A stretch of 64,000 bases of DNA from an uncultured Chloroflexia bacterium (GCA_963741085.1 CAVUGM010000006.1:1229144-1293143), one strand, 5' to 3'; shown: positions 1 through 10,441, numbered from the stretch's first letter. The notes: a model not told the origin generated them from the sequence alone. Program-made: numbers and translations.

Positions 1-1049
1 GGCCCCACGCCCGGGTAGTCGAGACCCGCCGAGGCGCTCACCGCCTCGACCACCTGCCCGTCCCGGTCCTGGAGCATCAGCGACCGCGACCCGTGGAGGA
101 TCCCGGGGCTGCCGCCGAGGATGGCCGCCGCGTGCCGTCCCGTCTCGATCCCGTCTCCCGCCGCCTCGGCGACCGCCATCCGAACCGTCGGCTCTCCGAT
201 GAAGCGAGCAAGGAGCCCGATGGCATTCGAGCCGCCCCCGACGCAGGCCAGCGCCAGGTCCGGCAGCCGACCCTCGACCGCGAGCAGCTGGCCGGCGGCC
301 TCGTCGCCGATCCGGCGCTGGAGGTCGCGGACGATCGTGGGGTACGGGTGCGGTCCCATGGCGCTGCCGAGGACGTAATGGGTCGTGTCCACGTTCGTGA
401 CCCAGTCCCGCATCGCCTCGTTGACCGCGTCCTTGAGGGTAGCCGTGCCCGAGGTGACCGAGCGGACCTCCGTGCCCAGGGCGCGCATCCGCAGCACGTT
501 CGGTGCCTGGCGGCGGATGTCCTCCTCGCCCATGTAGACGACGCACGGGAGGCCGAGGAGGGCGCAGGCGGTCGCGGTCGCCACGCCGTGCTGCCCGGCG
601 CCCGTCTCGGCGATGACCCGGGTCTTCGCGAGGCGGCGGGTCAGCAGCGCTTGCCCGAGGGCGTTGTTGATCTTGTGGGCCCCCGTGTGGGCCAGGTCCT
701 CGCGCTTGAGGTGGAGCCGGAGGCGGCCCGGGAGGGCCTGTTCGCGGCCCTTCCGGCGAGCGCCGCCGCCAAGTCGCGACGCCTCGGCGAGGACGGCCGC
801 CGCAAGCCGGTCGGCCCGGTAGAGGGCGGTCGGGCGGCCGGCGAAGCGGGCCAGGAGCTCCCGCAGCTCGGCCCAGAAGACGGGGTCGTGGCGCAGCGTC
901 GCCCAGGCGGCCTCGAGCTGCTCGAGGGCGCCCACCAGCGTCTCGGGGACGAAGCGCCCGCCGAGGTCGCGCTCGACCCCCCAGTGGCCGCGCGCGTCGG
1001 CCTCGACGAGGCCGGGGTGAACGGGGCTCGGGCCGGAGGGCGCGTTCGG
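1..1049 (-). CDS. trpB: tryptophan synthase beta chain (partial: C-terminus lies beyond the left edge; upper boundary approximate because no stop or start separates it from trpF)
   Basis: The minus-strand frame translates to [73 protein letters not shown] and [19 protein letters not shown], which are TrpB PLP-enzyme signatures. It is missing from the ORF track because the frame has no stop inside the window. Confidence 0.85.
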
Positions 1050-1739
1050 GCGGTCGAAGCGGGCGGCGCGGGCTCGCTTGGCGAACAGCGCCACGGAAAG
1101 CGGGTCCTTCCGCGGCCGCTCGCCGGGCACGCGTGGCGCCTCCACGCCCGAGGCGACGTCGACGCCGACGGCGGGCACGGAGAGGAGCGCACCGGCAACC
1201 GCGGCCGGGTTCAACCCGCCGGCGAGGACGACCCCAACCTCGCGGGCGACGTCGGCAGCCAGGGACGCGTCGGCCCGCGTGCCCGTGCCGCCCGGGTGCG
1301 GCCCGCCCGCGGTGTCGAGCACGATTCGCGCGGCGCCGAGCGCGAGGTGCGCCCGGGCCCGGGCAACCGCCCCGTCCACGAGCGCCGCGCGCTCTGCCCG
1401 ATCCTCCGGCGCCGCGGCCGGCAGGTGGACGACGGCCCACGCCGGACGCGGCGCGGCCGCCGCGCGGTCCGGCGATTCTCCGCCGGCGAACTGGAACGCG
1501 TCCACGTTCACCTCGGAAGCGAGCGCGGTGAGGAGCGCGTCGTCGGGACCGGCAACGACGGCCGCGATCAGCGGCGCGCGCGTCGCGCCGGCGGCGCGGG
1601 CGCGGCGGGCGAGAGCTGCGCCCTCCGCGATCGAGAGCGCCCTGGGCGTCCCGGCGACGAAGTTCAGGCCGATCGCGTCGGCGCCGACGGCCAGCGCCGC
1701 GTCGAGGCCCGCGTCGTCGACGATGCCGCAGATCTTCAC
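1050..1739 (-). CDS. trpF: phosphoribosylanthranilate isomerase domain (in frame with trpC upstream and trpB downstream; lower boundary approximate)
   Basis: Translation from GTG 1739 reads [35 protein letters not shown]...[15 protein letters not shown]...[10 protein letters not shown]...[14 protein letters not shown], a typical PRAI pattern. It sits in the same frame as trpC (2552 minus 1739 = 813 = 3x271). Confidence 0.75.
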
Positions 1740-2552
1740 GAACGGCGTGCGGTGAGCGGCGCCAGGATCGTCCGGGACGAGGCCGGCCGCGACGAAGGCC
1801 GCCGCCGCAGCTCGTGGGTCGCGCGCCCTGACCAGCGCCTCGCCCACGAGCGCGGCGTCGAACCCGGCAGCCCGCCAGCGGGCGACGACCGACGGCTCGC
1901 CCGCGCCGGACTCCGCGATCACCAGCCGGTCGTCCGGGATTCGCTCGCGCAGGCGGATGGGATGCTCCGGGTTCACCGCCAGCGTGCGCAGGTCGCGCGA
2001 GTTCACGCCGACCAGGCGCGCGCCGCTGGCCAGCGCCGCGTCGAGCTCGCGTTCGGCGTGAACCTCCACGAGTGGCTCCAGGCCGAGATCGCGGGCCCGC
2101 GCGACGAGGCTGCCGAGTCGGCGTGCCGGGTGGATCGCCACGAGCAGGAGCACGAGATCGGCGCCGGCCGCCCGGAGCAGCGGCAGCTGGCGCGGGTCGA
2201 CGACGAATTCCTTGGCGAGGACGGGGACGGAGACCGCGTCGCGCACCGCGCGCAGATCGTCGATCGACCCGCCGAACCAGTGCGGCTCGCAGAGGACCGA
2301 GACCGCGACGGCACCACCCGCCTGGTAGGCGCGAGCCTGGGCGACGGGGTCCAGCCCGGCGGCGATCGCGCCGGCCGATGGCGACGATCGCTTGACCTCG
2401 GCGACCAGGTGGAGACCCGGGCGGGCGAGCTGGAGGAGCAGGTCGCGGGGTGCGGGCGCGGCGGCGGCGACCCGGGCCAGGTCCCGGTAGGTCGCCCCAC
2501 CCAGCTCGGCGGCGACGTCACGCGCGCGCCGGGCGGCGATCTCGGCGAGCAC
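1740..2552 (-). CDS. trpC: indole-3-glycerol phosphate synthase (reads through into trpF without a stop)
   Basis: GTG at 2552 lies just after an in-frame TGA. Translation is [13 protein letters not shown]...[15 protein letters not shown]...[16 protein letters not shown]...[14 protein letters not shown]...[13 protein letters not shown]...[11 protein letters not shown]...IAESG, which are IGPS motifs. Confidence 0.85.
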
Positions 2553-2564
2553 ACCGCGCGCGGC

Positions 2565-3621
2565 TCATGCGGGCGCCTCCGTCGCCGCCGTGCGAGCCAG
2601 GTCGGCGGCAGCCTTCTCCGCGCGGAGGCGAGCCAGGAGGGCATCGGCCGCGCCCGCGTCGATGGTCGCGGAGGCCCGCTCCACGCCGGCGGCCAGGGTG
2701 TCGTCGCGGCCGGCAGCGACGAAGGCCGCGGCAGCATTCAGGAGCACCACGTCGCGCCGGGGGCCGCGGTCGCTGCCACCCAGGACGCCTCGCCACGAGC
2801 GCCGCGTTCTCGGCGGGCGTGCCGCCCGCGAGCGCGGCCGTCGGCGCCGACGCCAGCCCGACCCCCGCGGGGTCGACGTGCCGCCGCTCGATGCCATCCG
2901 GCGTCACGTCGTGGATCACGCCCGTCCCGTCGAGCGGCAGCTCGTCGAGCCCCGCGCCGTGGACGACGAGCGCCCGCTCGGTGCCCAGCGCCCGCAGCAC
3001 CTCGGCGACGCGCGGTGCGGCGGCCGGGTCCCCCACCCCGACCACCTGGCGACGGGCCCCGGCAGGGTTCGTGAGCGGACCGAGCAGGTTGAACGCGGTG
3101 CGGACGCCGATCTCGCGCCGGGTCGGCCCGGCATGGCGCATCGCCGGGTGGAAGCCCGGCGCGAACAGGAACGCGAAGCCGATCTCGCGGAGCGCGGCCG
3201 CCGCCGACACCGCGTCGTGGTCCGTGCGGACGCCGAGCGCCTCGAGCACGTCGGCGGAGCCGGACCTCGAGGTGATCGCCCGGTTGCCGTGCTTCGCCAC
3301 CGGCACGCCGGCGGCCGCCACGACGATCGCGGCCGCGGTCGAGATGTTGAACGTGCCGGAGTGGTCGCCGCCGGTGCCGCAGGTGTCGACCGTGCCCGCG
3401 GGCGCCTCCACGCGCAGGACGCGCTCGCGCATCGCCTCGGCGAATCCGGCCAGCTCGTCGATCGTCTCGCCGCGCATCCGGAGGGCGACCAGCAATGCCG
3501 CCAGCTGGGCTGGGGTCGCCTCCCCGTCCATCACGGAGCCCATCGCCGCGCGGGCGTCGTCGCGCCCGAGCGACCGCCCATCGATGATGGCCGCCAGTGC
3601 CGTCCGCACCGCCTCGCTCAT
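2565..3621 (-). CDS. trpD: anthranilate phosphoribosyltransferase (one frameshift near 2790 in this sequence)
   Basis: ORF 2518..3621 carries DTCGTGGDHSGTFNISTAAAIVVAAAGVPVAKHGNRAITSRSGSADVLEALG. The C-terminus [26 protein letters not shown] continues in ORF 2565..2897. The junction looks like one extra G in CTCGTGGCGAGG. Confidence 0.9.
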
Positions 3622-3684
3622 CGGTGAGCTCCCGCAACCGGCAGGGTCGGGGTGCCGCGCGCAGGCTCGCCGGCCGGCGCATCG

Positions 3685-4338
3685 TCACCCAGCCCCCGTA
3701 TCGCGAACGATCCGCTCGCCGCGTCGAGGCGACCGGCCTCGCCCTTCGCCGGCCAGCCGCAGGAAGTTCGCGAGGAGGTGCGGGCCTTCCGGCGTGAGGA
3801 CCGACTCCGGGTGGAACTGGACGCCCTCCATCGGCAGCGCGACGTGGCGCACGCCCATCAGCACGCCGTCCGCGCGGCTGCGCGCCGTGGGGACCAGCTC
3901 GGCCGGGAGCGTGGCTGCGTCGACGCACAGGGAGTGGTAGCGGGCGGCCATGAAGCCCTGGGTCATGCCCACGAGCAGTCCGGCGCCGTCGTGCTCGACC
4001 GCGGACGCCTCGCCGTGGACGAGCGTCGGGGCCCGCACGATCGCCGCGCCGAACGCGACCCCCATCGCCTGCATCCCCAGGCAGACGCCCAGCAGCGGGA
4101 GCCGGCGCTCGGCGGCGAACCGGACCGTTTCGGTCGAGATGCCGGCGTGGTCCGGGTCCGACGGGCCCGGCGAGACGACGATCCCGCGCAGGTCGATTGC
4201 CGGATCGTCGGCGAGCCCGTCCAGGCCCGCCCGGTCGATGGCGTCGTTGCGCACGACGCGCACTTCGGCCCCGGCGGCCTGCAGCGCCTGGACCAGGTTG
4301 AACGTGAAGCTGTCGTAGTTGTCGATCACGAGGATCAT
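3685..4338 (-). CDS. trpG: anthranilate synthase component II (glutamine amidotransferase)
   Basis: Intact 217-aa ORF: MILVIDNYDSFTFNLVQ...GVCLGMQAMG...GVQFHPES (class I GATase Cys-His-Glu triad context). Its ATG overlaps the trpE stop (ATGA at 4335-4338). Confidence 0.9.
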   Translation of the reverse strand: MILVIDNYDSFTFNLVQALQAAGAEVRVVRNDAIDRAGLDGLADDPAIDLRGIVVSPGPSDPDHAGISTETVRFAAERRLPLLGVCLGMQAMGVAFGAAIVRAPTLVHGEASAVEHDGAGLLVGMTQGFMAARYHSLCVDAATLPAELVPTARSRADGVLMGVRHVALPMEGVQFHPESVLTPEGPHLLANFLRLAGEGRGRSPRRGERIVRDTGAG

Positions 4339-6032
4339 GTGCGTTTCTCGGTGAGTCCCGGCGAACCGATCGTGGCCGCCGACATCGAGCCTGCCTCCCC
4401 GGTTCCGAGTGACGGCCGCGCGTTCGTCCCACCCTCCGCCGCCAGCTCGATCGCCCGCCGCATCGCGGCAGCCTTGTGCTCGGTTTCCTCGAACTCGCGC
4501 CTGGGATCGCTGCCGGCGACGATCCCGGCGCCCGCGTGGACGTGGGCCACGCCGTCCTTCAGGACCGCGCTCCGGATGGCGATCGCGGTGTCGAGGTTGC
4601 CGTCGTAGCCAAGGTAGCCCGCCGCGCCGCCGTAGAGCCCGCGCCGCTCGCCCTCGGCGGCCGCGATGAGCTGCATCGCCCGCACCTTGGGGGCGCCCGA
4701 CAGCGTCCCGGCCGGGAAGACGGAGCGCAGGGCGTCGAGCGCGTCAAGTCCAGGTGCGAGCTTCGCCTCGACATGGCTCACCAGGTGGAGGACGTGGCTG
4801 TAGCGCTCGACCTCCATGTACTTGGAGACCCGCACCGTGCCCGGACGCGCAACCCGTCCCAGGTCGTTGCGGCCGAGGTCCACGAGCATGACGTGCTCGG
4901 CGCGTTCCTTCGGGTCGGCCTGCAGCTGCTCGGCGAGGAGGTCGTCCTCCCGGGCGTCGGCGCCCCGTGGCCGCGTTCCGGCGATCGGGTGGGTCGTCAG
5001 CCGGTCGCCCTCGACCTGCAGGAGCAGCTCCGGGCTGGCGCCCACGACCTCGAAGGACGGCGTCCGGACGAAGAAGAGGTACGGGCTCGGGTTGACCTTG
5101 CGCAGCGATCGGTAGAGGCCGATCCCGTCGAGTGGGCTTCCGTCGCGCGCGTGCCGGGAGCGCCAGCGTCTGGCGGCGTGCCAGGACGACCTGGATCGCC
5201 TCGCCGGCGGCGATCGCGTCCTTGGCGTTGCGCACGGCGGCCTCGTAGGCCTCGCGTCCGAGCGACGTCTCGGGCGGCGTGGACCCGGCCGTGCCGGACG
5301 AGTGCCCCGCCATCGCGCGCGCGTCCCCGGCCATGCCGGGCGCGCCGCCGACCGGCAGCGGGCCCGCGATCTCCGCCGTGCTCGGACGGGCGGTCCGCTC
5401 GAGGGCCTCGAAGAGGGCTCGCTCGGCGACCCGGTAGCGCTCCTCGAGGCGAGGGGCGTCGGTGTGCAGCGAGGCGATCGCGGCCAGGGTGTGGGTGAGG
5501 TGGTCGAAGACGAGCGACGAGGTCGGTCTCGATGAAGCTCGCCAGCGGCACGCCGACCGGGTTTCGGCGCCGGGAGCGGCACGCGTCGGCTCGAAGACCG
5601 AGACGGCGTCGTAGGCGAGCGCCCCGACGGCGCCGCCGGTGAAGCGCGGCATCCCTTCGGTCGGCTCGACCGTCCGCCGTGGGATGAAGCGTGCGAAGGG
5701 CGGCCAGCGGGTCGTCGGCCGGGAGCTCGGTGACTGGAAGGTCGGGCGTGTAGTCGACGACGCCGACGGGGCGCTCCTGGATCCGGGCGACGCCCGCCGC
5801 GAACCTCGAGCAGCCGTCGCGGCCCGACGCCGAGGAAGCTGTAGCGGCCAAGGCGCTCGCCGCCCTCGACGGACTCGAGGAGGTAGGCCGGCGTGATGCC
5901 GTCGTCGAGTCGCAGGAACGCGCCGATCGGCGTCTCGAGGTCGGCGTCGCGCACCGCCCGCAGGCGGATCGTGTCCGCGCTCCCCGCGAGGCGCTTGACC
6001 TCGCCGAGGCTGAGGGGGTGCTGGCTGGACAT
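4335..6032 (-). CDS. trpE: anthranilate synthase component I (at least 5 frame switches in this sequence)
   Basis: The N-terminus MSSQHPLSLGEVKRLAG...YLLESVEGGERLGRYSFLG and the C-terminus LYRSLRKVNPSPYLFFV...HPIAGTRPRG...LFPAGTLSGAPKVRAMQLI...GAGIVAGSDP are in ORF 4335..6107. The middle segments are split between ORFs 4997..6133 and 4744..5652. ATG at 6032 is preceded by GGAGG. Confidence 0.9.
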   Translation of the reverse strand: MSSQHPLSLGEVKRLAGSADTIRLRAVRDADLETPIGAFLRLDDGITPAYLLESVEGGERLGRYSFLGVGPRRLLEVRGGRRPDPGAPRRRRRLHARPSSHRAPGRRPAGRPSHASSHGGRSSRPKGCRASPAAPSGRSPTTPSRSSSRRVPLPAPKPGRRAAGELHRDRPRRSSSTTSPTPWPRSPRCTPTPLASRSATGSPSEPSSRPSSGPPVRARRRSRARCRSAARPAWPGTRARWRGTRPARPGPRRPRRRSDARPTRPPCATPRTRSPPARRSRSSWHAARRWRSRHARDGSPLDGIGLYRSLRKVNPSPYLFFVRTPSFEVVGASPELLLQVEGDRLTTHPIAGTRPRGADAREDDLLAEQLQADPKERAEHVMLVDLGRNDLGRVARPGTVRVSKYMEVERYSHVLHLVSHVEAKLAPGLDALDALRSVFPAGTLSGAPKVRAMQLIAAAEGERRGLYGGAAGYLGYDGNLDTAIAIRSAVLKDGVAHVHAGAGIVAGSDPRREFEETEHKAAAMRRAIELAAEGGTNARPSLGTGEAGSMSAATIGSPGLTEKRT

Positions 6033-6039
6033 CGCCGCG

Positions 6040-6340
6040 GACCTCCGGAAACGAAAACGACCTCTCGTCCTGCCAGGACGAAAGGTCGGGACCTTCCGCG
6101 GTGCCACCCGGGTTCGGCGTGTGCCGCGCTCATCGTGACCGACGGGACGGTTTCGTCGTCCGATCGGCGCTGCCCTCTATCGCTGGCGCTCTGCGCCGGA
6201 GCCTACTGGCGAGAGGGAGCCAGCGCCCTCGGTGGCGCAGGCAGGTCCGCGTTCGGTCCGGAGGCTCCCGGGTCCATTCGCCGTCGTCGCCGCCCCGGCT
6301 TCCACCAGCCGCCGGGTCTCTGTGCCGGCGCCGCGACGGG
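6040..6340 (-). promoter_or_regulatory. T-box riboswitch leader, tRNA-Trp specific, controlling the trp operon
   Basis: The minus-strand RNA contains an AGAGA box, a GGUGGAA distal-loop-like element and the specifier context GAA-UGG-A (UGG at 6276..6274). The T-box sequence AACCCGGGUGGCACCGCGG lies at 6114..6096, and its UGGC can pair with a G73-CCA acceptor end. A terminator hairpin follows. Confidence 0.8.
6049..6087 (-). terminator. intrinsic terminator of the T-box leader (13-bp stem, 3-nt loop, U-rich tail)
   Basis: Minus-strand RNA is GACCUUUCGUCCU-GGC-AGGACGAGAGGUC followed by GUUUUCGUUU. It sits immediately 3' of the T-box sequence and 5' of the trpE Shine-Dalgarno. Confidence 0.7.
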
Positions 6341-6653
6341 TACTCGTCCCGTTCACAGCCACGTATGAAGTTGTGGGCCGGAGTCTAGGCGCGCGCCGCG
6401 GCCCACGTCAATCGGGATGGCATCCCGTGACAGACGCTGCGACGCCCGCGTGGATCGCCCGCAGGTACCGTTCGCTACCACGCAGAGCGCGACAGCGGCC
6501 CGTCGACGGCCCGCGGCAGCGCCGCACTCCAGGGCTCGTCCGCGGCAATGCTGAACGGGGCCGAGCGGCCGCTCCGCCACGGGCCGTTCGCCCCCGCATT
6601 CCACGGCCATGCGGCCGGTCCGCGCGAAGCCCCTCGGCTCGTAGGCTGGCAGG

Positions 6654-7490
6654 GTGAACTGCATCGTCCTCGTCAAGCAGGTTCCGGACGTCTCCAACAT
6701 CCCCGAGGATGCCTGGGACCGCGAGAAGGGCACGCTCCGGCGGGCCATGCTCGACAGCATCCTCAACCCCCTCGACCTCCACGCCCTGACGTTCGCCGAG
6801 CCAGCTCACGGCCGGCGACCCGGATGCGAAGACCATCTTCCTGACCATGGGCCCGCCGCAGGCCCGCGAGGTCCTCGTCGACTGCCTGTCCCGGGTGCCG
6901 GGCGAGGCGGTCCTCCTGACCGACGGCGCCTTCGCCGGGGCCGACACGGGCGCCACGGCCTACTCGCTGGCCTGCGCGATCCGGCGCATCGAGCGCGAGT
7001 TGTTCGGCGGCAGCCGCGACTACGTGATCGTCACCGGCATGCAGTCGGTGGACGGCGACACCGCCCAGGTGCCGCCGCAGATCGCCGAGGAGCTCGGCAT
7101 CGACCAGATCGCCTACGCGCAGGGCCTGATCACGCGAGCCGGAGCTGGCCGTCCGGCGCATCGCCGCCGAAGGGCATCGAGGACGTTCATCCCGTCCGCT
7201 GGCCGGTGCTCGTCACCGTGACCGCCTGCACGGACACGCTCTACCGGTCGTTCGAGCGGACGCGCGAGGCGCGCCACGCCACGATCCACAAGTGGAACGC
7301 GAAGTCGGTCGAGGCCGACCCGACCCGCATCGGCCTCAAGGGCTCGTGGACCAAGGTCTACCGGCTCTTCTCGCCGTCCGAGGACCGGCCCGAAGACCTG
7401 CGAGTACATCCGCAACCCGGCGGAGCTGATCGGGAAGATCGCCGCCCGCTACGGGCAGGCGGCGCCCGGCGCCGAGGTCGGCACCGAGGA
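6654..7490 (+). CDS. etfB: electron transfer flavoprotein beta subunit (frameshifted; 3' end not resolved)
   Basis: GTG 6654 gives MNCIVLVKQVPDVSNIPEDAWDREKGTLRRAMLDSILNPLDLHALTFA. The protein continues in ORF 6847..7221 (EAVLLTDGAFAGADTGATAYSLA...GMQSVDGDTAQVPPQIAEELGIDQIAY), then returns to the first frame (RIGLKGSWTKVYRLFSPSE). Confidence 0.8.
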
Positions 7491-7499
7491 GGGCCTACG

Positions 7500-8559
7500 A
7501 CGCTCGACGGCCGCGAGCCCACCTACCGCGGCGAGTTCTGGGTCTTCGCCGAGACGCGAGGGCGACGGCGTCCGGTCGGTCTCGCTCGAGCTCCTGGGCA
7601 AGGCGCGCGAGCTGGCCGCGCTTCCTCGGCGAGCACGTCGGCGTCGTCCTGCCCTGCGCAGTCGCCGGGCGATCGCCCGGCCCAGCTCATCGCCGCCGGC
7701 GCCGACATCGTCTACGTCATCGAGCACCCGCTCCTCGGCTCGTTCGCCCCGATGGCCCACAAGACGGCGCATCGGCCGACCTCGTCCGCGAGCGTAAGCC
7801 CCAGGTGATGCTCTTCGGCGCCACCCCGCTCGGCCGCGAGCTCGCCCCGCGGGTCGCCTACGCCTGTCGGTCCGGGCCTCACCGCCGACTGCACGAGGCT
7901 CGAGATCGGCGACTTCAGCAAGGGCGCCACGAACCTGGTCGGCATCCTCAAGCAGACCCGGCCCGCGCTCGGCGGCAACGTCATGGCCACGATCATGACC
8001 AAGGACTCGCCGACGCCAGATGGCGACGGTCCGGCCGGGCGTGTTCAAGGTGCCGCCGCCGGACCCGGCTCGCACCGGCGAGATCATCCACGTGACCACG
8101 GAACTCGGCAGCCGAGACGTCGGCCTCGAGGCGACGCCGGTCGAGTCGTTCGCCACCAAGGTCACGATCCGCGACGCGAAGATCATCGTGGCCGGCGGCC
8201 ACGGCTTCCGCTCGCGAGCCGACTTCGACACCTACCTCCAGCCGCTGGCCGAGGGCCTCGGGCGCCTCCTGGGCGCCAGCACGAAGGTGGCCGCCTCGCG
8301 GATGGCGGTCGAGGACGGCTTCACGACCCACGACTACCAGGTGGGCCAGACCGGCCAGACGGTCCAGCCGCGGCTCTACGTCGCGATCGGCATCTCGGGC
8401 GCCGTGCAGCACATCTCCGGCATGCAGGGGTCGGAGATCGTGGTCGCCATCAACAAGGATCCGAGGGCGCGGATCTTCAACTACGCGGACTTCGGCGTCG
8501 TCGGCGACATCGAGACGGTCGTCCCGGAGCTCGTCCGCGCGACGGAGGGACGGGCATGA
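7500..8559 (+). CDS. etfA: electron transfer flavoprotein alpha subunit (heavily frameshifted N-terminal half; start not resolved)
   Basis: The pieces YRGEFWVFAETRG, VSLELLGKARELAA, AQLIAAGADIVYVIEHPLL, VMLFGATPLGRELAPRVAYA and NVMATIMTKDSPT are spread over all three frames. The C-terminal half is intact in ORF 8020..8559 (RLYVAIGISGAVQHISGMQGSEIVVAINKDPRARIF). Confidence 0.8.
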
Positions 8560-10147
8560 CCGCACCGCATCGACGTCCTGGTCGTCGGCGGCGGCCCGGC
8601 CGGCCTCGCCACGGCGATCCGACTCAAGCAGCAGCTCGCGGCCGCTGGCCGCGACGCGTCGGTCGGCGTCATCGACAAGTCGCCGCAGCCCGGCTACCAC
8701 GCCCTGTCCGGGGCCGCCTTCGAGCCGGCCTGCCTCGACGAGCTGGTCCCGGCTGGCGCGACGACCGCAGGTTCATGGAGCACGTGGTCCCGGTCGAGCG
8801 CGACGAGATGTACTTCCTCCTGGCGCGGGCGCGCGATCAGGATCCCCGAGCTCGTCGTGCCGACGCGGATGCACCACACCGGCGACGTCACGATCTCCGC
8901 TGTCGCGCCTGGCCGACTTCCTCGCGGCGAAGGCCGAGGGCCTCGGGCGTCGAGCTCTACCACGGCTTCTCGGCCCGCGACCTGCTCGTCGACGGCGACC
9001 GGGTGCGCCGGCGTCCGCGCTCGGGCGAGGTCGGCCTCGACGCCGACGGCCGGCGACAAGCCGAACCATCGCCCGCCGAGGAGATCCGGGCCCGCGTCAC
9101 CATCCTCGCCGACGGCACACACGGCGTCCTCTCCACGCGAGTTCCGCGAGCGCTTCGGCGCCGGCCGAAACCCGCAGGTCTACTCGCTCGGGATCAAGGC
9201 CGTCGTCGCAGTTCCCCGACGACAACCCGTTCGGCAACAACCGCGTGGTGCACACGCTGGGCTACCCGAACCCGGCGAGCGTCTTCGGCGGCGGCTTCAT
9301 CTACAGCATGGGCGAGAAGACGGCCGCGGTCGGCCTGATCCTCGGCCTCGACTGGAGATACGGCGACCTGAACCCGCAGCGCGAGTTCGAGCGCTACCGC
9401 GCCCACCCGTTCATCGCCAGGCTGCTCGCCGGCTCGGTGACGATCGCCACCGGCGCCAAGACGATCCCCGAGGGCGGCTATTTCGCCATCGGCTCGCTGA
9501 CCGCGTCGGGCGCGCTGGTCGTCGGCGACGGGGCCGGCTTCGTGAACATGGAGAAGATCAAGGGGATCCACTACGCGATCCACTCCGGGATGGCCGCGGC
9601 CGACACGATCGTCGAGGCTTTGGCGGCCGACGATACGTCGAAGGCAGCCTTCGCCGGCTACCGCAAGCGCCTCGAGACGCGCGGCGTCCTGCCGGACCTG
9701 CGCCACGCGCGCAACTACCGGTCCGCCTTCCGGATGGGCGTCTATCCCGGCACGCCGCTGTCGCTCGTCCAGAGCTGGCTGCCGGGGCGGATCCCGATGG
9801 AGATCGACGCCCGCGCCACGAAGAAGGGCGCCCGCCTCCACCGCCCCGATCCCGGGGGCATGGACGGCGCCACGTTCGTGAGCCTCACCGGCTCGCTCCA
9901 CCGCGAGGACGAGCCGGCCCACATGGCGATCCTCGACCCCGCGAAGTGCATCACGTGCGAGGCCGACTACGCCAGCTCGTGCACCCATTTCTGCCCCGGC
10001 CAGGTCTACCGCTGGGACGGCGAGAAGATCGTGCTCAGCGCGTCGAATTGCCTGCACTGCATGACCTGCGCCGTGAAGTGCCCGCTGGAGAACATCCGCT
10101 GGCTGCCGCCCGAGGGCGGCGAGGGCCCGCGCTTCAAGCAGATGTAA
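8556..10147 (+). CDS. electron-transferring-flavoprotein dehydrogenase (ETF:quinone oxidoreductase), frameshifted in the first 700 nt
   Basis: ATG 8556 overlaps the etfA stop (ATGA). The FAD fold DVLVVGGGPAGLATAIRL is in a shifted frame. ORF 9245..10147 is intact and ends with the 4Fe-4S region SNCLHCMTCAVKCPLENIRWLPPEGGEGPRFKQM, typical of ETF-QO. Confidence 0.85.
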
Positions 10148-10156
10148 CGGCCGGGC

Positions 10157-10196
10157 GGGGGCCACGTCGGCGCGGCGGGGGCCACGTCGGCGCGGC
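10157..10196. repeat. perfect 20-bp tandem duplication just after the ETF-QO stop
   Basis: GGGGGCCACGTCGGCGCGGC occurs twice back to back (10157-10176 and 10177-10196). Confidence 0.9.
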
Positions 10197-10441
10197 GGGC
10201 GGCGCGGCCGGGCGGCGTGCCGGTCTCCGGCTCCGGCCCCTACAGCGGGACCGGCACCGTCGTGCGCGCGTTGAACACGACCACCAGCCACATCGCGAGG
10301 AGCACGAGGGCGAGCAGCGCGATCGCGATCTTCCTCGTGCCGCTCACGTCCCGGGCCTCCGACCGGCCGCCCCGCCGGCGGCACCCGTCACTAGGGTAGC
10401 CGGGACGCGCGACCCCGCGCCGCGGGACCCGCGGCGGCCGC

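Noticed and set aside
93-3074. 993-aa plus-strand ORF, the longest at the left end of the window
   Set aside because: It is antisense to clearly recognisable trpB, trpF, trpC and trpD. Its translation is Arg/Ala/Gly/Pro-rich low-complexity sequence, as expected for the open antisense frames of very GC-rich DNA.
4335-10147. Programmed ribosomal frameshifting or translational recoding as an explanation for the frame switches
   Set aside because: The switches are numerous, occur in both directions (+1 and -1) and sit at unrelated sequences. They affect unrelated housekeeping genes without slippery heptamers or downstream structures. Random indels are far more plausible.
10240-10350. Short minus-strand ORF ending ...RKIAIALLALVLLAMWLVVVFNARTTVPVPL that looks like a single-TM peptide
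   Set aside because: There is only one hydrophobic stretch, no clear ribosome-binding site or start, and it lies inside a longer low-complexity ORF. The evidence is insufficient to call a gene.
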